Assembly: GCA_050951325.1 (NCBI GenBank)
Contig: JBMNIW010000008.1
Location: forward strand, 96,266-160,265
Source: Clostridia bacterium
Lineage (GTDB): Bacteria > Bacillota > Clostridia > UBA1212 > DUPL01
Length of the DNA: 64,000 nt
Direction of reading: 5' to 3'
This document shows, in pieces, positions 58,394 to 64,000 of the stretch; the first letter of the stretch is position 1, and each line of letters begins with the position of its first letter. Both the position numbers and the translations under genes were made by a program. The notes below the pieces were generated by a model, which searched no databases, was not told the origin of the DNA, and saw only the letters and a program-made list of their open reading frames with translations.

Positions 58394-58810
58394 CTACATG
58401 ACCTTGGAACTATTGCAGTCCCTGCACAGACCCTTAAAATATATATTCTTGTCATCAATGCGGAATCCCTTCAATTCCTTTATGTCATCCACATCGAAAC
58501 GGTACTCGAAGTCAAAGACCTTCCCGCATTCAATACATTTAAAGTGTCCATGGTCCTGTAAGTTATACTCGTATCTTATCTCATTCTCCTCAATTGTCAA
58601 CTCTCTAAGCACACCTTTTTCCACAAATGTGTTCAGTGTCTTGTATACGGTTGACTTTGATAAGGAAGGCATTTCATCCTTCAGATCGTTTAGTATCATG
58701 TCGGCAGTCGGATGAACGCGATTCTTCTCGAGGTAATCCAATATTCTCAGCCTTTGGTGTGATACTTTTATTCCTTTCTGTTCCATAAGTTCTGCATGTT
58801 GTTTTGACAT
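58394..58810 (-). CDS. perR: Fur-family peroxide-responsive repressor (PerR-like)
   Basis: 138 aa; HTH, HGHF…CxxCG…C…C motifs; first gene of perR-rubredoxin-rubrerythrin operon. Confidence 0.75.
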   Translation of the reverse strand: MSKQHAELMEQKGIKVSHQRLRILDYLEKNRVHPTADMILNDLKDEMPSLSKSTVYKTLNTFVEKGVLRELTIEENEIRYEYNLQDHGHFKCIECGKVFDFEYRFDVDDIKELKGFRIDDKNIYFKGLCRDCNSSKVM

Positions 58811-58839
58811 TTTGTATCCCTTCTAACACTTTGTATCAA

Positions 58840-58856
58840 GTCGAACTGAGTTCGAC
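58840..58856 (-). promoter_or_regulatory. perfect palindrome GTCGAAC-TGA-GTTCGAC between promoter and RBS of perR (candidate operator)
   Basis: 7-3-7 inverted repeat directly downstream of -10. Confidence 0.35.
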
Positions 58857-58862
58857 ATAGAT

Positions 58863-58890
58863 ATAATATCATAGTAAAAATATTTGTCAA
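58863..58890 (-). promoter_or_regulatory. candidate sigma-A promoter of perR operon (TTGACA-16-TATTAT)
   Basis: Consensus -35 and near-consensus -10 on minus strand. Confidence 0.5.
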
Positions 58891-58904
58891 CCCCTTTTAA
58901 AGAA

Positions 58905-58942
58905 AAAAATGCAAAAAAATTTGGAGACTTAAAAAGTCTCCC
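58905..58942 (-). terminator. intrinsic terminator after GRE-activase gene
   Basis: GGAGACT-taaaaa-AGTCTCC then U-run on minus strand. Confidence 0.5.
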
Positions 58943-58951
58943 TAAAATCCT

Positions 58952-59839
58952 CTAAATTAAACGTGCTCCCAAATTCTCAAGATACCTTTTAGCCTCCAAG
59001 AGATCCTCCTGGTCAGGAACCCACTCTTTTCTACCATTATCCGCATAACCCAACTGTTCACTCTTTGATCCTCCGTAAGTATGATACGGTATCAGCTCAA
59101 CCCCCCTTGCATTCCCAAGGCATCCATAAACTTCGGCAATGAACTCATAGTTGACCTTGTCCATATTGACCCCCTTGACCATAATACATCTTAGTACTGT
59201 CTCTACCTTGTAACTGTCTAGTAGCCAAAGGTTTTTCAATATCCTCTCATAGCCAACACCGGTGTTTTCCTTGTGCCTGTCTTCATTCCCATCCTTCAAG
59301 TCAAACAAGACCAAATCCGCCACCCTTGCAAGTGATGGAACAATATCAGAATCAAAATATCCGCTTGTTTCAACACATGTTGTTATACCGGCCCGTTTTG
59401 CCTTGGAAAGCAGTTCAATAGAAAACTCCTCATTCACTAGCGGTTCGCCACCCGACAGAGTTATGCCACCCATGTCACCGAAAAAATCCCTGTCCTTCAA
59501 AACCTCACCCAACACATCGTCAACAGTCATATCAGTTGCCACCTGTTCAATGGCCTTCGCAGGACAGACCTTCGCACACGAAAGACAAAGCACGCACTTG
59601 TCCCTATGATAATTATGCTCCATGCCATCAAACACATGAGCACTTTTTTCACATATTTTTTCACACATACGACAATGAATGCAGAAATTCTTCACATACA
59701 ATATTTCATTATTCGGCTTAATGCATTCAGGATTGTGGCACCATACGCAGTTCAAAGGACATCCCTTTAAAAATACTGTAGTTCTTACTCCATCGCCATC
59801 ATGAATTGAAAACCTTTGTATGTTCGTAATCAAAGCCAT
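58952..59839 (-). CDS. glycyl-radical-enzyme activating enzyme (radical SAM, with two extra ferredoxin-like Cys clusters)
   Basis: IQRFSIHDGDGVRTTVFLKGCPLNCVWCHN (CX3CX2C) plus CIHCRMCEKIC and CVLCLSCAKVCP clusters; ATG 59839 two nt after GRE stop. Confidence 0.85.
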   Translation of the reverse strand: MALITNIQRFSIHDGDGVRTTVFLKGCPLNCVWCHNPECIKPNNEILYVKNFCIHCRMCEKICEKSAHVFDGMEHNYHRDKCVLCLSCAKVCPAKAIEQVATDMTVDDVLGEVLKDRDFFGDMGGITLSGGEPLVNEEFSIELLSKAKRAGITTCVETSGYFDSDIVPSLARVADLVLFDLKDGNEDRHKENTGVGYERILKNLWLLDSYKVETVLRCIMVKGVNMDKVNYEFIAEVYGCLGNARGVELIPYHTYGGSKSEQLGYADNGRKEWVPDQEDLLEAKRYLENLGARLI

Positions 59840-59841
59840 TT

Positions 59842-61944
59842 CTATACTCCCAGGGTTGTTCTTTCTATTATCATATTCTGCCACTCTTTATTAAGCGTAA
59901 CAAACCTTGCGTTCCATCCTGACACCCTTACAGAAAGGGTCTTGTATTCTTTGGGATTTTCCTGTGCTCTCTTCAGCACATTTGCATCAACCACATCAAT
60001 CTGCATAAAGAATCCTCCCAACTTTACAAACCCTTTAATGAGGGAAACAAGAGCATTGGTTCCGTTCTCCCCCTTTACCGTTGCAGGATACAACTTTATA
60101 TCCAGCGCAGATCCACAGGCCTGCTTTACATGATCTATCTTGCAATAGGACTTTATCGTAGCGGTTGCTCCTAACTCATCCGTACCAGGAGTTGGTGACG
60201 CATTTCCTGAAAGAATATCTCCCTTTCGATACCCAAAAGGAACAGCCGCCCTGAATGGAGCCCATTCAATCTGCCTTCCAAAGGTGCTGATTCCTGCAGG
60301 GAACAGGATATCCACCTTCTTTTCCACCGCATTTACAATATCAGCAAAGTCATCCAGTACTTTGACAGTATAGTAATCCCCATTATCGTCATCATTGCCA
60401 TAGTAGACATATTTGTTAAGAGCAATCTGACGAATAACCTCGTACCCTTCCCAATTCGCCTTAAGTGCCTTCATAAGGTCGTCGAAGGAAATAATCTTGT
60501 CATCAAATACCAATCTTTTAATGGCATATAAACTGTTTCCAACATCGGGGGCTCCTCCAATATGTGGAGATACGACTGTGTATCTTGGACCGCCTTCGTA
60601 ATATGAAGAAGCCTTTTCAATACAGTCTTTTGTAAACAGCGAAGTTACGGAACAAGGAATAACTTCTTTGTACTCATATCCCTTCTCCGTATTCATAAAC
60701 CTTCCCATTACCACATTCTCGTAAATTGCATTTACATCCTGCCTGAGATTCTCTATGAAACAGTTGTATAAATCTTCAAAACTGTCAAAGGTCTTGTACT
60801 CTCCATTCAAATTTAGTGTTTTTGTCAGAAGTATCTGCAAGGCATCAAAGGGCACATAGCAAAAGTACGTCTCACCTGGGATTTGTACTTCCCAGCATCC
60901 ATCGTTAGCAAACTTTCTTGCCTCTTTTGGGTCATATCCCAATTTTTCAAGAGCATTTAATATTAAGGGCTCATTGTATACCGCAACAATACCGCCACCA
61001 TGACGAATTACTTCCGCCACTCTTTTAAGAAGCCTTTCATCCGTATTTTCATTAACCCTGACCGTTATGGGAAAATCACTTATCCCAAGCTCCTCTACAA
61101 TATCAAGAACAAGATATGTAACTTCATTCGCAACCTCTTTATTATCCTCATCCACTCCTGCAAGAATAATGTTCTGGTAATGCTGGGCATCTCCCGAACC
61201 CAATGGTGTTTCTCCTCTAATCCATTCACACCCTTTTATGAAAAAGGAAGCAAGTATTTCTCTGGCTTCATCAAGAGTTAAAACACCTTGATCAAGATCC
61301 TTTTTTAGATAAGGACCCAATATTTTATCTATTCTTCCAATACCAGGCCAGTCTCCGCAAAGGCGCATGAAAGCAAAGGTAAACCACAAACTTTGAACAG
61401 CTTCCTTGAAATTCTCCGCTTTTTTGAAAGGCATATCGCCCATTTCAATAACCTCTGAATACCGCTTGTGCCATATTCTCATTGATTCAATTACATTCAA
61501 AAGACTCTTGAGAAACCGAATCTGTCTTGCCGTTAAGCTCTCATTCTCGAGTTTCTTATGTATCCTTTCTTCATAGGAATCAATGCCTTCGTAAACCACC
61601 CTGTCAAAACCGGAAGTCAGATGGCTTACACTATGAAAGATCGGAGAACCTTTGTAGGTTGCAGGTATGCAGTGATTAATTGACAGCCCCAGGGATGCGC
61701 TTCCGTGTACAAGTTCGTACTCACATACCCTTATTGGTGCTTTTTCTGCAATTTCCCTTATTGCAATATCATACTTGTCTATATCAGACAAGTTCTCAAA
61801 CCCCTCTATATGATCAAGGGCAACCGCTGTATTTTTCATGGCATCGTCGCCATATTTGCCATTCATGGATTCATATGCAAATAATCTGGTTGCTTCACTA
61901 AGTCTTATAGGTCTTTCCTCATCCGCTGCAGTATAGAATATCAT
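59842..61944 (-). CDS. glycyl radical enzyme, compact (~700 aa) eliminase-type (single active-site Cys in GCWE loop; not a PFL)
   Basis: C-terminal glycyl radical motif SVRVSGWNARF; Cys loop FANDGCWEV (C-x-E); no Cys-Cys pair. Confidence 0.85.
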   Translation of the reverse strand: MIFYTAADEERPIRLSEATRLFAYESMNGKYGDDAMKNTAVALDHIEGFENLSDIDKYDIAIREIAEKAPIRVCEYELVHGSASLGLSINHCIPATYKGSPIFHSVSHLTSGFDRVVYEGIDSYEERIHKKLENESLTARQIRFLKSLLNVIESMRIWHKRYSEVIEMGDMPFKKAENFKEAVQSLWFTFAFMRLCGDWPGIGRIDKILGPYLKKDLDQGVLTLDEAREILASFFIKGCEWIRGETPLGSGDAQHYQNIILAGVDEDNKEVANEVTYLVLDIVEELGISDFPITVRVNENTDERLLKRVAEVIRHGGGIVAVYNEPLILNALEKLGYDPKEARKFANDGCWEVQIPGETYFCYVPFDALQILLTKTLNLNGEYKTFDSFEDLYNCFIENLRQDVNAIYENVVMGRFMNTEKGYEYKEVIPCSVTSLFTKDCIEKASSYYEGGPRYTVVSPHIGGAPDVGNSLYAIKRLVFDDKIISFDDLMKALKANWEGYEVIRQIALNKYVYYGNDDDNGDYYTVKVLDDFADIVNAVEKKVDILFPAGISTFGRQIEWAPFRAAVPFGYRKGDILSGNASPTPGTDELGATATIKSYCKIDHVKQACGSALDIKLYPATVKGENGTNALVSLIKGFVKLGGFFMQIDVVDANVLKRAQENPKEYKTLSVRVSGWNARFVTLNKEWQNMIIERTTLGV

Positions 61945-62092
61945 AAATACCACCTTTTAAATCTTCCACTATATATTATCACAGAAAAGTGACATTGTCA
62001 CAGAACTTTTTTTGATATGTACATATAATAGCTGTGGAACTGCTCTTTTCATATTTATATATGTATCCTCCATTAATAGATCATATATATTG

Positions 62093-62128
62093 CTGCCTGC
62101 CTAACGAAAAAGGCAGGCAGTTGCCATG
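62093..62128. promoter_or_regulatory. perfect 9-bp inverted repeat CTGCCTGCC-N10-GGCAGGCAG in divergent promoter region
   Basis: Lies between GRE operon start (61944, minus) and cdr start (62179, plus); not followed by U-run. Confidence 0.3.
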
Positions 62129-62178
62129 AAAATAATGATGGGGGTATAATATAGAAAAAGAAGGATGGAGGATTGTTT

Positions 62179-63861
62179 ATGAAGGTATTGATAGTTGGCG
62201 GTGTTGCAGGAGGAGCCTCCTGTGCGGCAAGGTTAAGAAGACTTGATGAGAGTGCCGAGATAATCATGTTCGAACGCGGCGAATACATTTCCTATGCAAA
62301 CTGTGGTCTTCCCTATTACATTGGAGAGAAAATAAAAAGGAAATCCGACCTTACACTGCAGACACCCGAGAGTTTCAAAAGAAGATTCAATGTGGATGTA
62401 AGGATTTTAAATGAAGTTGTATCAATCAACAGAGAAGATAAAAAGGTGGTTGTAAAGGATATAAGAACCAACGAAATGTATGAGGAATCCTATGACAAGC
62501 TGGTACTTTCCATGGGTGCAAAACCCTTCAAACCACCCATAAAAGGTATTGATTTGCCCAATTGCTTTACACTAAGGACTGTTCCCGACACCTTTAGAAT
62601 AAAAGAATATATCCAGAATAATAACCCAAAATCCGCTGTTGTTGTAGGCGGCGGATACATTGGCATTGAGATGGCGGAGAATTTAAAGGAAGCTGGTCTT
62701 GATGTCATTCTTATCGAACTTTCCGACCATTTGCTACCCCCTCTGGACTTTGACATGGCCTGCGATGTACACAAATATGTAAGGCAAAATGGAATCAACC
62801 TCATGCTGAACAACGGTGTCAGGGAAATAGAAGAAATTGAAGACGGTCTTCTTGTTAAACTTGACAAGTGCAAAATCCAAACTGACATGGTTATACTTTG
62901 CGTAGGAGTAAGACCCGAGTCGGATATAGCAAAGGAAGCAAATCTGCAAATCAATGAAAGAGGTTCAATTATTGTAAACGACAACATGCTGACAAGCGAT
63001 CCGGACATATATGCTGTAGGAGATGCGGTGGTTGTTACAAACTTCATCACCAAAAAAGACGCCTTTATTCCTTTGGCTAGTCCTGCAAACAAGCAAGGCA
63101 GGATTGCAGCAAATAACATTTGCGGGCATAACAGCAGATACGAAGGAACATTAGGTTCCAGCATAGTCAAACTTTTTGACATGACAATTGCCACCACAGG
63201 AGCGAATGAAAGCGAGGCAAAAGCAAGCAGCCTGAATTACGATAAGGTTTTTTTGTATTCAAATTCTCATGCAAGCTACTATCCTGGTGCAACACCCATG
63301 TCTATTAAAGTTCTGTTTGACAAGGATACAGGAAAAATACTAGGTGCACAGATAGTTGGTTTTGATGGAGTGGACAAGAGATGTGACGTTCTTGCAACAG
63401 CAATTAGATTCGGCGCAACATACAAGGATTTGACCAACCTCGAACTGTGCTACGCTCCCCCTTTTGGTTCAGCAAAAGACCCTGTCAACTTTGCAGGTTA
63501 TGTAATCGAAAACATACAGAACGGTCTTGTGAAGAACTTCCACTGGCATGATGTAGACAAACTGCCCAGGGACGGGAGTGTTACACTGCTTGATGTAAGG
63601 ACCAAAAGAGAATTTGAGTATGGAAGAATTGATGGATTTGTCAATATTGAGCTTGACAGTCTGAGAGAAAACATTGACAAACTTGACAAATCAAAACCTA
63701 TATATGTACACTGCCACAGCGGACTTAGAAGCTATATTGCATGCAGAATACTTGCTGAAAACGGCTTTGAAGCCTATAACCTCAGCGGAGGCTACAGGCT
63801 CTATCAGACTGTAATGTATGAAAAACAGCTGCCTGACTTTCCTTGCTATCCTAAAGATTAG
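62179..63861 (+). CDS. CoA-disulfide reductase/NADH oxidase-family flavoprotein with C-terminal rhodanese domain (persulfide-reductase-like)
   Basis: FAD fold VLIVGGVAGGASCAARL, redox Cys in SYANCGLPYYIG, rhodanese active-site loop HCHSGLRS. Confidence 0.8.
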   Translation: MKVLIVGGVAGGASCAARLRRLDESAEIIMFERGEYISYANCGLPYYIGEKIKRKSDLTLQTPESFKRRFNVDVRILNEVVSINREDKKVVVKDIRTNEMYEESYDKLVLSMGAKPFKPPIKGIDLPNCFTLRTVPDTFRIKEYIQNNNPKSAVVVGGGYIGIEMAENLKEAGLDVILIELSDHLLPPLDFDMACDVHKYVRQNGINLMLNNGVREIEEIEDGLLVKLDKCKIQTDMVILCVGVRPESDIAKEANLQINERGSIIVNDNMLTSDPDIYAVGDAVVVTNFITKKDAFIPLASPANKQGRIAANNICGHNSRYEGTLGSSIVKLFDMTIATTGANESEAKASSLNYDKVFLYSNSHASYYPGATPMSIKVLFDKDTGKILGAQIVGFDGVDKRCDVLATAIRFGATYKDLTNLELCYAPPFGSAKDPVNFAGYVIENIQNGLVKNFHWHDVDKLPRDGSVTLLDVRTKREFEYGRIDGFVNIELDSLRENIDKLDKSKPIYVHCHSGLRSYIACRILAENGFEAYNLSGGYRLYQTVMYEKQLPDFPCYPKD

Positions 63862-64000
63862 ACAGGTCTGTATGCAAACAAAAAGTCCACCACCGGCTCT
63901 GAAAAAGGTTGAATGCTTTGGATGCGGTGGTCGGAACCGCAATCATATCTGAAATGGTTTGTGGAAGACACCTTGCCGCCATATATGAAGGTGTGGTCTG

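Noticed and set aside
62490-63197. 235-aa antisense ORF within the CoADR-rhodanese gene
   Set aside because: Shadow ORF opposite a gene with clear FAD and rhodanese motifs.
63691-64000. Minus-strand 83-aa ORF 63691-63942 and possible start of a plus-strand gene near 63909-63954
   Set aside because: The minus ORF overlaps the cdr 3' end and is low-complexity. Downstream open frames exist in two phases without a convincing RBS, so no call was made at the window edge.

Overview
This is a 64-kb chromosomal segment from a low-GC Firmicute, apparently an anaerobic Clostridia-type organism, judging by reverse rubrerythrin, a glycyl-radical enzyme, oadGB and an SRP RNA directly upstream of dnaX. Coding density is high on both strands. 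The gene content, in order:

- Positions 1-10.7 kb hold a branched-chain amino acid supraoperon, ilvB(partial)-ilvN-ilvC-ilvD-leuA-cimA-leuC-leuD-leuB, ending in an intrinsic terminator.
- Next are a DtxR/MntR-like regulator, a signal peptidase I with an unusual acidic N-terminal extension, tRNA-Val(GAC) and an SGNH hydrolase.
- 13-18.7 kb is a surface-protein island. It has two membrane-anchored DUF5050-like repeat proteins, a frameshifted surface-protein gene, and an ECF sigma factor co-transcribed with an NPQTN (sortase-B type) wall-sorted protein.
- Then come SRP RNA, dnaX, a DUF4091-like protein and two heterodimeric ABC exporter genes.
- These are followed by a nucleoside hydrolase-like gene, a PG-binding/LysM/M14 cell-wall peptidase, and a GNAT-DUF4180-GNAT cluster.
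- 29.8-31.4 kb carries a Cys-rich hypothetical enzyme.
- An argC-argB-argD-argF operon lacks argJ and is translationally coupled to a small GNAT gene.
- An AmmeMemoRadiSam system (fused LigB/Memo-like + AMMECR1 protein, plus its radical SAM partner) is in one operon with two hypothetical envelope proteins.
- Downstream are a DUF2935-like protein, a small surface protein with an NPETSD sorting signal, a GH3 beta-hexosaminidase lipoprotein, a small HTH gene with a structured leader, a GNAT gene and a SASA-type esterase lipoprotein.
- Nucleoside and envelope functions follow: frameshifted ribokinase, deoC, meso-DAP dehydrogenase, a PAP2 phosphatase and a patatin-like lipase.
- 50.4-55.3 kb is a tandemly duplicated two-gene cassette (lipoprotein + NPPTG wall-sorted protein) with an SRAP/HD gene pair inserted between the copies.
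- Then oadG-oadB without an alpha subunit, and a perR-rubredoxin-reverse rubrerythrin operon.
- The window ends with a compact (~700 aa) eliminase-type glycyl-radical enzyme with its activase, divergent from a CoA-disulfide-reductase/rhodanese (persulfide-reductase-like) gene.

No CRISPR arrays, transposases or prophage genes were seen. Gene starts are approximate where alternative start codons exist.
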